Positions 42,191-52,494 of a stretch of 64,000 nt of DNA are shown here, in pieces (the first letter of the stretch is position 1; each line of letters opens with the position of its first letter). The stretch is taken from the NCBI GenBank assembly GCA_965205835.1, contig OZ242182.1, positions 2,150,759 to 2,214,758 on the forward strand, written 5' to 3'. The notes under the pieces are model-generated. The model was not told the origin of the DNA, did no database searches, and saw nothing but the letters and a program-made list of their open reading frames with translations. The stretch is from Nitrospinales bacterium (GTDB lineage Bacteria > Nitrospinota > Nitrospinia > Nitrospinales > VA-1). The translations under genes and the position numbers were made by a program.

Positions 42191-42811
42191 ATGCCTTCGA
42201 TCACTCATTTTGAAATCTATAAACCTGCGGAGCCGTGTAGTTATACCGGTGAAAAATTGCGGGAAATCATGGCGAAAACAATCTCGGAAGTGCTCACTCC
42301 AGACGGTAAAGACTTGAACTTGAAAGGCTATTGCATTGGCCCGAATGGCATGACGATCATTACCCGTGACGAACGTGTTGCCAAAGTGCGGCGATTGAAC
42401 TTGGGGGGCAACCGCATTGGTGATGCTGGGGTCAAGCTGTTGGCTGAAGCGGAGTTGTTTTCCAAGGTCAACTGGTTGGAGCTTGGGGGGAACGATATTG
42501 GGCCGGAAGGCATCCGTTCTCTAGCAAATTCGAATGCATTGAGAAAGGTCAAATCCCTCAATCTTTACCGTAACTATATTAAGGATGAGGGAGCGATTAT
42601 CCTTGCTAATGATAACCAGCTGGAAAAAGTTGAAGATCTGGATCTGGCCCAGAACGAAATCGGGGATGACGGCATTTTGGCTCTTTCCCAGTCGAAAAAG
42701 TTTCCTGAGCTGGTGAGTATCGCTTTGGATAATAATTTTTCTTCTGTTGAAGGAAAAGAAGAGGCTAAAGTCGGCCCTAACTTTAAAAAGCTCCAGTCCC
42801 TTAACCTGTAA
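42191..42811 (+). CDS. Leucine-rich-repeat protein (ribonuclease-inhibitor/GALA-like)
   Basis: Repeated L.L..N.IGD.G...LA units. Confidence 0.88.
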   Translation: MPSITHFEIYKPAEPCSYTGEKLREIMAKTISEVLTPDGKDLNLKGYCIGPNGMTIITRDERVAKVRRLNLGGNRIGDAGVKLLAEAELFSKVNWLELGGNDIGPEGIRSLANSNALRKVKSLNLYRNYIKDEGAIILANDNQLEKVEDLDLAQNEIGDDGILALSQSKKFPELVSIALDNNFSSVEGKEEAKVGPNFKKLQSLNL

Positions 42812-42822
42812 TTTGAAATACT

Positions 42823-43395
42823 ATGTCAGAAGCCAACGAAGATTATGGGAAAGGTCATTTTCTGATCGCCAATCCTGTTTTGCCGGACCCTAATTTTTCC
42901 CGAACAGTGGTGTTGTTATGCAATCATGACGACCAGGGTTCGTTTGGCTTGGTGATTAACCGATCTGCCCCTGCCCCTGCCAAGGAGATTTTTGGGGAGA
43001 TGGGCGTTTCAAATTTTCCCTCAGGGAAGATTTATATCGGTGGGCCCGTGTCCCCCTCGCAGGTGTTTTATCTTTGTCATTCAAAAACCCCTTTACTGGA
43101 ATTGGATGCCATTTGTGATGGGGTTTATCTGGGAATGAGTTGGGAACTTCTTAACAACTTAATGACGCGGGTTGAAGATCCGGAAAAAAATATTAGGTTT
43201 TATATGGGCTATTCCGGCTGGGGCGCGGGTCAGCTTGTGGGCGAGATGACCCGGCTCAGCTGGTTGACTTGTGAAGGGCGGAGCGAATTTGTATTTCAGG
43301 AAAATGAAGAGAGCATCTGGGAAAATGCCGTGAAGTCCATGGGCAAAGATTACGAATACTTGATTAAAGCCCCCGTAAACCCACAATGGAACTAA
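42823..43395 (+). CDS. YqgE/AlgH (UPF0301) family protein
   Basis: DPNFSRTVVLLC.H...GSFGLVINR, GGPV, GYSGWGAGQL. Confidence 0.9.
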   Translation: MSEANEDYGKGHFLIANPVLPDPNFSRTVVLLCNHDDQGSFGLVINRSAPAPAKEIFGEMGVSNFPSGKIYIGGPVSPSQVFYLCHSKTPLLELDAICDGVYLGMSWELLNNLMTRVEDPEKNIRFYMGYSGWGAGQLVGEMTRLSWLTCEGRSEFVFQENEESIWENAVKSMGKDYEYLIKAPVNPQWN

Positions 43396-43641
43396 CCGCA
43401 AACCGCCCACCAGCCATACGGGCAGATAGTGATAACTTTTTCCGCGATCGGGAGATGTACGCGGCTTAAGGAGTTTTTGCCAATTTACCCCTGTGAGGCA
43501 CGAAAGTTTTGGGAGAATATCACCCACCAGGCGTGGCCCAGTGAATTCACTTCACTGGGCTCTGGCAACCCCGCGGATTTATAAATCCACAATTCCTCTA
43601 CAGTTTCAATATTTTTGGGAAGATTTTGATAGAAAAAGTCT

Positions 43642-44685
43642 ATGAACTTACCGCGATCATTACTTGTTTCGGATTCACCCGCGAGCCAGGGAAAACTGAT
43701 AGTGTGCGCCAGGAGTCCTTTTTGGCTGGCTCCCATGGCGGGGATCACCGATGTCTGTTTTCGCCGGTTGATGGATGAAATGCAGGCCGGTGTTTTGATT
43801 TCAGAGCTGGTATCAGCAAAAGGGCTCTTTCACAATTCCGAGAAGACCCGAAAAATGATGCGCATTCATAAAAACCCCGGAACCCTTGTCGGGGTTCAAC
43901 TTTTTGGTGAGTCGGCGGAAGATATTGTTCAGGCGGCGAGCGTGGTTGAAGAGACGGGGGCAGATTTTATCGACATCAATATGGGTTGCCCGGTAAAAAA
44001 AGTGACCAAAAAAGGATGCGGGGCGGCATTGTTGCGCGACCCGGCTTATCTGGAAATATTTTTGACTACGATTAAAAAAGGTATTCGTCTACCTCTCACT
44101 GTCAAAATGAGAACAGGTTGGAATGAAAATGAACTGACCATTCATGAGTGTGTCGAAGCGGCTTACCAGTCAGGTTGCGAGTGGGTGGCCATTCATGGAC
44201 GTACTCGTGCTCAGGGTTATGAGGGTAAAGCAGACTGGGACCTTATTGCTGAAGTCAAACACCGGGCGAAATTACCGATCATTGGTAACGGAGACATCCG
44301 CAGTGCCGCCCAGGCAAAACAAAGATTGCGGGAAACCGGAGTGGACGCGGTGATGATCGGTCGCGGAGCTTTGCGGAATCCCTGGATTTTTAAAGAATGT
44401 GTCGGCGTGTCTGTCCAGCGTGCCGGTCTCGAACTTCTTAACCACTATTTAAATGGGTTGCGCGAAAATTACGATTTACGATCGACGCTGATTTTGTTGC
44501 GCAAGTTTTCGTCCTGGTTGGCGTTCGGCTATCCCGGCGCGGCGAAGTTTAGAAAAAATATGTTCGAGTGCCATACCGTGTCAGAGGTCATGCGACAGGC
44601 GGAAAACTTTTTCAGCCAGGTTGCCGAGCTTCCAGTTCCGGCATTTGAAGACAGTGAAGAATTTATGATGGGGGGTCATGGCTAG
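43642..44685 (+). CDS. tRNA-dihydrouridine synthase (DusB-like)
   Basis: LAPMAGITD, DINMGCP, HGRTR, GNGDI, MIGRGA..NPW. Confidence 0.92.
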   Translation: MNLPRSLLVSDSPASQGKLIVCARSPFWLAPMAGITDVCFRRLMDEMQAGVLISELVSAKGLFHNSEKTRKMMRIHKNPGTLVGVQLFGESAEDIVQAASVVEETGADFIDINMGCPVKKVTKKGCGAALLRDPAYLEIFLTTIKKGIRLPLTVKMRTGWNENELTIHECVEAAYQSGCEWVAIHGRTRAQGYEGKADWDLIAEVKHRAKLPIIGNGDIRSAAQAKQRLRETGVDAVMIGRGALRNPWIFKECVGVSVQRAGLELLNHYLNGLRENYDLRSTLILLRKFSSWLAFGYPGAAKFRKNMFECHTVSEVMRQAENFFSQVAELPVPAFEDSEEFMMGGHG

Positions 44686-44763
44686 CGGCGAGTAGCCACC
44701 AAGCCTGCCTCGAAGGGGTACAACGAGTCATTGCTCTGATATTTTTTTTTCAGAGGGAAGTAA

Positions 44764-45582
44764 TTGAGCCAGAGAACGACAACCTATGAAAAAACGTATC
44801 CCGACCGGGTGCGTAAGCAGTATAAACAGCAGGAAGAGTTCACCCTCTATGGCTGGAACTCCTGCATGAGTGCGTTTAAGGCGAGACCGAAAAGTCTTTT
44901 GCGAGTGTTCTTCAGCCGCACCCGTTCCGCCCAGTTGAAAGAGATCAAGGCTTTTTGCGGAGAAAATAAAATTCCCTATCGTCAATTGGATCAGGAATCC
45001 CTCAATAAAGTTGCGTCAGGTGTTCACCATGAAGGAGTGGTGATGGTTGTCCGGCCTCTTCTGCCGGAATCCGCGCATCGGCTGATCCGGGGGGAAATGC
45101 CCGACAAGGGACTAGTCGTGGCACTAGATGGAATTGATAACCCGCATAACCGAGGAGCAATTTTGCGGACCTGTGCTTTTTTTGGTGTGCGGGGGTTGCT
45201 GGTTCCCGGAAATGGAAAGATTGTTTCCTCTTCTGCCGCGAGAATGGCAGAAGGAGGGTTGGAAGAGGTCCCAATATTTACCAGTAGTGACCTTCCTTCC
45301 GCGTTAAGAGACTGTAGGGAGCAAGGTTGGTTTGTGGTGGGCGCGGACCCAAATGTGAAAGAAACCCTCTTCGACGCTGTAATCAGCTTTCCTGCTGTGG
45401 TGGTGATGGGAAATGAACAGGAGGGACTTTCGAGTCGAGTCAAACAAAAATGCGATAAGGTGGTCCGGGTTCCCGGAGAGGGTTCCCTGCAATCCCTCAA
45501 TGTATCGGTCGCGGCCGGAATCATTCTGGCGGAAATTGACCGCCGGAGAAAAACCCGCACAAAAATCAAATCTGGTTCATGA
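44764..45582 (+). CDS. TrmH/SpoU-family RNA 2'-O-methyltransferase
   Basis: HEGV, DNPHNRGAILR, GNEQEG, SLNVSVAAG. Confidence 0.9.
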   Translation: MSQRTTTYEKTYPDRVRKQYKQQEEFTLYGWNSCMSAFKARPKSLLRVFFSRTRSAQLKEIKAFCGENKIPYRQLDQESLNKVASGVHHEGVVMVVRPLLPESAHRLIRGEMPDKGLVVALDGIDNPHNRGAILRTCAFFGVRGLLVPGNGKIVSSSAARMAEGGLEEVPIFTSSDLPSALRDCREQGWFVVGADPNVKETLFDAVISFPAVVVMGNEQEGLSSRVKQKCDKVVRVPGEGSLQSLNVSVAAGIILAEIDRRRKTRTKIKSGS

Positions 45583-45998
45583 CGTTCTTCGCAAAACTTC
45601 ATCCCGCGATTGTTCACTTTCCGATGGGTTTGTTAACCAGCGGAGTGGTGTTTGAAATTTATGGAGTGCTTCGCAATGATGAGGTGGTTGAAACCGCGGG
45701 CCGGTTTAACATCCGGCTTGGGTTCTGGTGCCTGTTTCCGGTTCTGCTGGTAGGGTTTCTGGGGATGATCAGTCTGGAAAACACGGAAAAGTTCAGGGAC
45801 TTTCTGTCCAGCCATTTGAAGTTTGCGTTCACCACAACGGGAGTATTTATTTCGGCTATGCTGGTTTCCAGATATTTACGCCAACCTTGGGGCAGGGTTT
45901 TGTATTTCCTGATTATTGCCACAGGAGGAATTTGTGTTCTCACCACAGGCTACTTCGGTGGAGAACTTGTTCATCGCTTCGGAGTTTCCACGCGCTGA
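45579..45998 (+). CDS. DUF2231-like membrane protein
   Basis: LHPAIVHFP, TM helices with a conserved His, TGYFGGELV. Confidence 0.75.
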   Translation: MTFFAKLHPAIVHFPMGLLTSGVVFEIYGVLRNDEVVETAGRFNIRLGFWCLFPVLLVGFLGMISLENTEKFRDFLSSHLKFAFTTTGVFISAMLVSRYLRQPWGRVLYFLIIATGGICVLTTGYFGGELVHRFGVSTR

Positions 45999-46043
45999 GC
46001 GAAGGAACCCCGGCTCGACGAGCACCTATCGGAAAATCTTCCG

Positions 46044-46424
46044 CTAAAAGACCAGTCGGTAGCCTGAAAACAGGCAGAGGCCCATTACCAGAAGTCCTGC
46101 CATATAAAACCCTGTCGCGGTTCTGGAGAAGGTGTTGGTGTAGGCGTAGCCGGCAGAGAATCCATAGAGGATGGTAAACAAAAAAGCATAGCCTTGGTGC
46201 CCCTCAACATCCATGACGGCGCGCAGGTTAATGTCGACAGAGACCATGCCGGAAAAATCGGCGACCACGGCAGCTAGAAGGCCCAGGCTCAGATTAAAAG
46301 CCCCCGCGGCTTTTAATTTTTCATCATTTTTTTTGTGGGCCAAAAAAAGCAGAGCTAGTCCGGCAACAAACAAGGCGGGAGAAAAATGGGAAATGAAAGG
46401 GTGGAACGATACAGAGCTGATCAT
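46044..46424 (-). CDS. DUF2231-like membrane protein (convergent second copy)
   Basis: FHPFISHFSP, TM helices, GHQ, SGYRLVF. Confidence 0.65.
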   Translation of the reverse strand: MISSVSFHPFISHFSPALFVAGLALLFLAHKKNDEKLKAAGAFNLSLGLLAAVVADFSGMVSVDINLRAVMDVEGHQGYAFLFTILYGFSAGYAYTNTFSRTATGFYMAGLLVMGLCLFSGYRLVF

Positions 46425-46540
46425 TGCGTGAGAAACTTTTGATTGGGTAGGTGGTGGAGCAGGGACTCATCCAGTCGAGATAATTTTGTGACTACCGGAT
46501 AAAGTGGTTGCCTACTGGTCTCACACCTAGTGCGCGCCGG

Positions 46541-46837
46541 TCAGTCGTCTTTTTTTCTCAGGTCGCCGACAATATCAAGGTCGGCTTCTGAAAGGTTGAC
46601 ATCCACGTCCACTTTGGTGGCGGCACTGATATCCTGTTCCAGGGCATCGACGTTGACGGTTTGTTTGAGCCCTTCCGCCTCATCCATGACCTCCTGTTTC
46701 AGGCCGCTGAAAGTTTGTTGGAATTCGCCCCAACCCTTACCAATGGCTCTTGCGAGCTTGGGCAGGTTCTGCGGGCCGATCACCACAACGGCAATGCCCA
46801 TAATAATCATCAGCTCAAAAAACCCGATATCAAACAT
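46541..46837 (-). CDS. tatB: Sec-independent translocase TatB/TatA-family subunit
   Basis: MFDIGFFEL...GPQNLP.LAR..G. Confidence 0.8.
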   Translation of the reverse strand: MFDIGFFELMIIMGIAVVVIGPQNLPKLARAIGKGWGEFQQTFSGLKQEVMDEAEGLKQTVNVDALEQDISAATKVDVDVNLSEADLDIVGDLRKKDD

Positions 46838-46986
46838 TCAAACGCTCCGTGATTATCGATTATCGCGACAGGACTTATTCTAACAGATCAGAGGCATAAA
46901 TGCATCAGGCTGGAATCAGGATTTTCCCGGGTGATTTCCCGCTGTTCTTGAATAATAAGTGGTTTGGGGTAGTATAAGACCGATTT

Positions 46987-47916
46987 ATGAGAATTATTCG
47001 AGGAACAAAAAATATAACTGGTGCCATCCCTTATCCTGTTATGGCAATTGGCAATTTTGATGGAGTGCATGTGGGCCATCAGACCCTGTTCCGCAAAACG
47101 GCAGAGTTGGCATTGGTGCGTGAGGGCACTGCCGTTGCCTTCACCTTCGAGCCGCATCCCTTAAAAATCATCGCGCCAGAAAAAGTACCCCCCCTGCTGA
47201 CCAATTTCCATAAAAAGATGGAGTTGATGGAATCCTTTGGAATCAATCTGGTCATTTGCGCCGATTTCACCCGGAAATTCGCGGACCAGCGACCGCGTGA
47301 TTTTTCCGAAAATATTCTTTTTGAAAAGATAGGCGTGAAGGAGGTTGTGGTCGGGTTTGACTACGCTTTTGGTCGTGGAAGGGAGGGGACGATTCCATAC
47401 CTCAAAAAGATGGGAGAGGAATTTGGGTTTCAGGTTCATGTGGTGGAGCCTTTCAAGCTCGGCGGGCATACCGTGAGTAGTTCCCATGTACGGGAACTGA
47501 TAGAGGCTGGGCAGATAGAAACAGCGAGTCAATTCCTGGGCCGGGATTACTCCATTACAGGTCCGGTTGTTTCCGGTTATAAAACCGGGCAGGCTATCGG
47601 GTTCCCAACCGCTAATATTGATACCAGCAAGGTCCAGATACCGGGAACGGGGGTGTATGCGGTTCGGGTTGTCCACGAAAACAAACCTTATGACGCGGTG
47701 GCGAATATCGGGTTTAATCCAACCTTTAATCGCGACCGACTAAGTGTCGAGGTGCATATCTTTGATTTTAATCAAATGATCTACCACCATGAAATTGAAG
47801 TTCAGTTTGTAGAGCGCATTCGCGGTGAAATAGCCTTCAAGTCCGCCGCCGATCTGGTCGTTCAGATTAAGCGCGATATTAATAAAGCTAAAAAAATACT
47901 GGAGAGGACAAATTGA
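46987..47916 (+). CDS. ribF: Bifunctional riboflavin kinase/FAD synthetase
   Basis: GNFDGVHVGH, SSS.VR, GFPTAN, GVYA, EVHIFDF. Confidence 0.96.
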   Translation: MRIIRGTKNITGAIPYPVMAIGNFDGVHVGHQTLFRKTAELALVREGTAVAFTFEPHPLKIIAPEKVPPLLTNFHKKMELMESFGINLVICADFTRKFADQRPRDFSENILFEKIGVKEVVVGFDYAFGRGREGTIPYLKKMGEEFGFQVHVVEPFKLGGHTVSSSHVRELIEAGQIETASQFLGRDYSITGPVVSGYKTGQAIGFPTANIDTSKVQIPGTGVYAVRVVHENKPYDAVANIGFNPTFNRDRLSVEVHIFDFNQMIYHHEIEVQFVERIRGEIAFKSAADLVVQIKRDINKAKKILERTN

Positions 47917-48083
47917 AAAAAGCTCGTCAGTTCTTGATGGGTCCCGCCGTTGCGGCCGGAGCACTTGTTTGACCTGGCCTTTCTCTTGATGTTGTTCGCA
48001 TTGGCCTTTGTGGTCAAGGTAGTTAATAAGCATTTAAATTCTATAAGAATTTGTTACAATACGCCCCTCAATAAGGAATGTAT

Positions 48084-48170
48084 GCCGAAGTGGCGGAATT
48101 GGTAGACGCGCATGATTCAGGTTCATGTGTCCGAAAGGATGTGGAAGTTCGAGTCTTCTCTTCGGCACCA
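48084..48170 (+). tRNA. tRNA-Leu(CAG)
   Basis: GCCGAAG...CATGA-TTCAGGT-TCATG, long variable arm, GTTCGAGT, CTTCGGCACCA. Confidence 0.96.
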
Positions 48171-48492
48171 TTTTTCAATTAATTGGACTGTTGGCTCCCC
48201 CGAGTAATTGTTCAGCGAAAGTTTGACTTGTTTTTTTCGATGAACTGGAGAATTGATCCCTGCTTGATTGTCCAGATTATGAATGTCTCGTTACGGACCC
48301 TCTGAATGGTTGTAAACAGGGCATCTCAAAAAATTCCTTTTGTGCCTCTATGGGGCATGAAAGCTGATGAAGAATATAACAGCCACGAGTGGTACTTTCG
48401 TAAGTAAGGGTCCGCGAGTTGCCTTGGAGGAAATCACCGAATAAATAGAGGTTTTTTGCGGTAAGTTCATTCACCAGTCTGGTTTAAACTTG

Positions 48493-50373
48493 ATGAAAAT
48501 GGTTGATGTAATTGTTATTGGCGGTGGGCACGCGGGTTGCGAAGCGGCCTTGGCTTCGGCGCGTATGGGGTGTTCCACAATGATGATCACCCTGGAAGCG
48601 GACAAAATCGCCTTGATGCCGTGCAATCCCGCAATCGGCGGAGTGGGCAAAGGCCATATTGTGCGCGAAATAGACGCGCTCGGGGGTGAGATGGCCAAAA
48701 TTATTGACGAGACGGGAATCCAGTTTCGGGTGTTGAATGCTTCCAAAGGGCCGGCGGTCCACGGTTACCGGGCTCAGGCCGACAAGGACCGTTACAAAAA
48801 TGCCATGCGCCGGGTTCTGGAAAATACTGATAACCTCGCCCTGCTCTTTGAAGAAGTCGATGAACTGATTATTGAAAACTCCACCATTAAAGGAGTGAGG
48901 ACCGCTACAGGGACCGAAATTAAGGCCGTATCGGTGGTCATCACTACGGGAACTTTTTTGAACGGGCTCATCCATCTTGGACTGACAAGCCGACCTGCCG
49001 GCCGGGTGGGAGAGAAACCGTCCACCACATTATCGCGATCGTTTCTGGCGGCGGGCTTTGAACTGGGTCGTTTGAAAACGGGAACTCCGCCACGTTTGAA
49101 ACGCGACAGCATCGATTTCAGTCGTTGTACCCCACAGCCTGGGGATGAGGTGCCGCGACCTTTTTCGTTTTCGACTCATGGCATTGACCAGAAACAGGTG
49201 CCCTGCCATCTCACCTCCACCAATGAACAAACCGCGCAGGTCATCCGCGACAATATGCGTTTGTCCCCGTTATACAGCGGGGTGATAGATGGAGTCGGCC
49301 CACGCTATTGTCCTTCCATAGAGGATAAGGTTGTTAAGTTTCCTGATAAGAATTCGCATAATATTTTTCTCGAGCCGGAAGGTTTGGAGTCGGACTGGAT
49401 TTACCCGAACGGCATTTCCACCAGTCTTGCTGAAGAAGCGCAGTTGCTGTTTGTGCGCACGATCCCGGGTCTGGAGCAGGCCGAGATTGTTTTACCGGGT
49501 TACGCCGTGGAATACGATTATGTCCCGCCCACGCAACTCACTCCTGCTCTGGAGACCAAACGGGTGAGCGGGTTGTTCCACGCGGGCCAGATAAACGGCA
49601 CTTCCGGTTATGAAGAAGCGGCGGGCCAGGGCATCATGGCGGGGATCAATGCCGCCCTCAAGGCGCAAAAGCGAAAACCGTTTTTGCTCACCCGCATGGA
49701 TGGTTATATCGGTGTGCTCATTGATGACCTGGTGACCAAAGGCACATTGGAACCTTACCGCATGTTCACCTCACGCGCTGAATACCGGTTGATCCTAAGG
49801 CAGGATAACGCCGACGAGCGGCTGATGGGAAAGGGCCATGAACTGGGTCTGGTGAATAAAGTCCTGCTTGAAAAATGTATGGGGAAATACCGTGCGGTGG
49901 ACAGAGAGATAAAAAGGCTGGAAGAGACACCTGTCGCGCCTAATCCGGAAACACTTGTACGGTTGTCCAAACTGGGTATTCAGGAACTGAGGAATCCCAC
50001 CACCTTGGGGGGTCTGCTCCGTCGCCCGGAAGTGACGCATGATAGTTTGCTAAGAGCTTTTGATGGCTGTGAGGTTCCGCGATTGGTCGGCGAGCAGGTA
50101 GAGATTCGCGTGAAGTATGAAGGGTTCATCAATCGGCAGAACCAGATGGTGGCCCGGCAAAAGAAACTGGAGCACTACCGCATACCTGATGAATTTGAGT
50201 ATCAGGGAGTACCCGGACTTTCCCATGAAGTGGTGCAGAAGCTTGAGGAAATTCGCCCGGTCACATTGGGGCAGGCAGGGCGTATCTCCGGAGTCACTCC
50301 TTCCGCCATCAGCCTGATCATGATACTCCTGGAAAAACTCCACTCCAGACCAGCCTGCTGGCGTGGGAGGTGA
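48493..50373 (+). CDS. mnmG: tRNA uridine-5-carboxymethylaminomethyl modification enzyme MnmG/GidA
   Basis: [38 protein letters not shown]. Confidence 0.97.
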   Translation: MKMVDVIVIGGGHAGCEAALASARMGCSTMMITLEADKIALMPCNPAIGGVGKGHIVREIDALGGEMAKIIDETGIQFRVLNASKGPAVHGYRAQADKDRYKNAMRRVLENTDNLALLFEEVDELIIENSTIKGVRTATGTEIKAVSVVITTGTFLNGLIHLGLTSRPAGRVGEKPSTTLSRSFLAAGFELGRLKTGTPPRLKRDSIDFSRCTPQPGDEVPRPFSFSTHGIDQKQVPCHLTSTNEQTAQVIRDNMRLSPLYSGVIDGVGPRYCPSIEDKVVKFPDKNSHNIFLEPEGLESDWIYPNGISTSLAEEAQLLFVRTIPGLEQAEIVLPGYAVEYDYVPPTQLTPALETKRVSGLFHAGQINGTSGYEEAAGQGIMAGINAALKAQKRKPFLLTRMDGYIGVLIDDLVTKGTLEPYRMFTSRAEYRLILRQDNADERLMGKGHELGLVNKVLLEKCMGKYRAVDREIKRLEETPVAPNPETLVRLSKLGIQELRNPTTLGGLLRRPEVTHDSLLRAFDGCEVPRLVGEQVEIRVKYEGFINRQNQMVARQKKLEHYRIPDEFEYQGVPGLSHEVVQKLEEIRPVTLGQAGRISGVTPSAISLIMILLEKLHSRPACWRGR

Positions 50374-50375
50374 GT

Positions 50376-50609
50376 ATGCATACCGATTCTATTCAGTGGC
50401 AGATCGAAGTCGATAAAAAAGACATCGCGTATATTGTCAGCATTTTTGAGGGATACGATGATCTGGCAGTGGTGCGAACGCTGGATGCCTCTCGTGGGCT
50501 CATTGAACTGATAATCTCTCCCGACTATTTGGAAAATACCCGTTGCCTGGTGGAGTCGCTCTCCAAGGAAATCCCTTTCCGCCAACTTTCCCCTGTGAAG
50601 GGGGATTGA
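50376..50609 (+). CDS. Small DUF4911-like protein
   Basis: I.Y...IFEGYD.LA.VRTLD pattern; directly follows mnmG. Confidence 0.65.
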   Translation: MHTDSIQWQIEVDKKDIAYIVSIFEGYDDLAVVRTLDASRGLIELIISPDYLENTRCLVESLSKEIPFRQLSPVKGD

Positions 50610-50981
50610 GGGGGTTGAGGTTGTCATGCTGAGATAGTGATATTTGACCCTTTGCGTAAGTCGAAAAAAACAGAAAAGCGAGATTCTTCACTACGTTCAG
50701 AATGACAGGAAACGATTGCTCGGAATGACAGGAGACGCTGGTTTGTCATTCTGAGGAGCCAGAGGCGACGAAGACGTGATATTTCTCCTTAGCCTTCGTG
50801 CCCCGAAGGGGTAATCATGGGTTATGCAAAGGTTTCCCTGTGAAGGGAGGAAGGAATTCTGCTCTTTCGTGATGATGACTTATGCAAAGGCCTCTTGCCA
50901 GGGAGGGAATTGATTGTCCCCCTGACAAGGGGGATCGAGGGGGTTGGGGTTGTCATGTTGCGCTAATGATATCTGACCTTT
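50591..50981 (+). repeat. Composite repeat region: ~63-bp imperfect direct repeats (50591-50653, 50918-50981) bracketing MITE copy 3
   Basis: ccctgtgaagggggattgagggggttgaggttgtcatg..gatatttgacccttt versus cccctgacaagggggatcgagggggttggggttgtcatg..gatatctgaccttt. Confidence 0.75.
50646..50836 (+). mobile_element. MITE-like element, copy 3
   Basis: CCTTTGCGTAAG...TTATGCAAAGGTTTC ends; a second right-end-like TTATGCAAAGGCCTC ends at 50894. Confidence 0.72.
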
Positions 50982-51064
50982 GAATTCTTGCCCCGTAGGG
51001 GGTATTTCGACTTTGGAAGCTGGACTTTGGCCCTAGCCCAACAGTATCGTGTGGACGCGGCCCT

Positions 51065-51604
51065 TTAATAATGAATCATGGAGTGAACGGGGGTATTTTT
51101 GAGTTTTCCCCGGCCTTTCAGGAAGTCCAATTCGATCAGAAAAGCGGCTTCTACAACTGTTACATTGCTAAAATTTTTCCGGATCAGATCGAGGGTGGCG
51201 GCTAGGGTTCCTCCGGTGGCCAGCACATCGTCAATGACGAGGATATTTTGTCCTGACCGGAACGCGTCCTGATGGATTTCGACGATATCGGTTCCGTATT
51301 CGAGGGAGTAGGTTTCTTGAAAAGTTTTGTAAGGCAGTTTGCCCTGTTTTCGAACCATGACCACTCCGGTGCCCAACGCGTAGGCCAAGGCTGAGGCAAA
51401 GATAAACCCCCGTGCTTCCACACCGACCACCACGTCTACCCGCTTGTCTGCGTAACGATCCTTCAGGGAATTAATGGTTTTCTGGAAGGCGGCAGGGTCG
51501 CCCAGAAGCGGTGTGATATCTTTAAAGATGATCCCCTCTTCGGGGAAGTCCGGAACATCGCGGATGATTTGTTTCACAGTGGTCTTACCTTGCTTAAAGT
51601 TCAT
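51065..51604 (-). CDS. apt: Adenine phosphoribosyltransferase
   Basis: PDFP..GI.FKDITPL, EARGF, LEYG, IDDVLATGGT. Confidence 0.96.
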   Translation of the reverse strand: MNFKQGKTTVKQIIRDVPDFPEEGIIFKDITPLLGDPAAFQKTINSLKDRYADKRVDVVVGVEARGFIFASALAYALGTGVVMVRKQGKLPYKTFQETYSLEYGTDIVEIHQDAFRSGQNILVIDDVLATGGTLAATLDLIRKNFSNVTVVEAAFLIELDFLKGRGKLKNTPVHSMIHY

Positions 51605-51661
51605 ATTTGCTCTGAGTTGTAATCTTGGCTTTTTATCAAAGATTTGTATAAAAACAAAACC

Positions 51662-52369
51662 TTATCTTTTAAGAGGCAGGTATTTTATCGGGTCTTTGGG
51701 GTGCGTGTTGTTTCGCACTTCAAAATGGAGATGAGGGCCGGTGGATCGACCGGTGCTTCCCATCAGAGATATTTTTTGTCCTTGCTTGACCCGGCTTCCC
51801 TTTTTAGCAATGAGTTTTGAGTTATGTGCGTAAAGGGTGGTCAGGTGATGCTTGTGTTTGATGATAACTATTTTCCCATAGCCAGTAGGCCCCCAGCCAC
51901 TAAACACTACTTCACCCGCGGCGGCGGCATGCACAGGGGTTCCCTTGGGCGCGGCAATATCGATTCCTTCATGCTTTCTCCCGTTTCGCGTCCCAAAGCG
52001 GGACGTCAGGGTTCCCTTCGTCGGCCAGATGAGGAAACCTTTGCGGGGTTTGACGGTGGGCGATGATTTCTTTTTTGCAGAAGGGGGTACAAATTTGTGG
52101 GGTATCTTTAAAACCCGGCGGGCTCCCGGTATCCATAACCGGATTCCTTCCCGGATTTTTGCGGGTTCTCTTATGCGGTTGGCGCGCCGCAGAACTTCCA
52201 CATTCAGTTTATAGGTTTTGGCAATCCGGTACAGGGTCTGGCCCTTTTGTACCGTGTGGTATACCCCTGTCCCCTTTTCGGGCCAGGGATCGAATTGGAA
52301 ACTCTGACATCCCGTAAGGAACAAAATGATAATGAAAAAAACTGATTCGCGAGAAGGATGGCAGGACAT
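51662..52369 (-). CDS. LysM + M23 peptidase lipoprotein (NlpD-like)
   Basis: Lipobox LTGC, LysM HTVQKGQTLYRIA, HEGID and HLHFE. Confidence 0.9.
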   Translation of the reverse strand: MSCHPSRESVFFIIILFLTGCQSFQFDPWPEKGTGVYHTVQKGQTLYRIAKTYKLNVEVLRRANRIREPAKIREGIRLWIPGARRVLKIPHKFVPPSAKKKSSPTVKPRKGFLIWPTKGTLTSRFGTRNGRKHEGIDIAAPKGTPVHAAAAGEVVFSGWGPTGYGKIVIIKHKHHLTTLYAHNSKLIAKKGSRVKQGQKISLMGSTGRSTGPHLHFEVRNNTHPKDPIKYLPLKR

Positions 52370-52494
52370 TTTATAAAGGCTTGAATATGCTATAACTTGT
52401 TGAAAATTGTAGCATTTTTTCAAATTCATTTACAAGTTTCGAGGCATCCTGTATAACCCAAAAATCGTTATAACTCAGAATCGGAAAAACTACG

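Noticed and set aside
48171-48489. Integrative element at the tRNA-Leu 3' end
   Set aside because: No integrase and no duplicated tRNA 3' end seen in the window.
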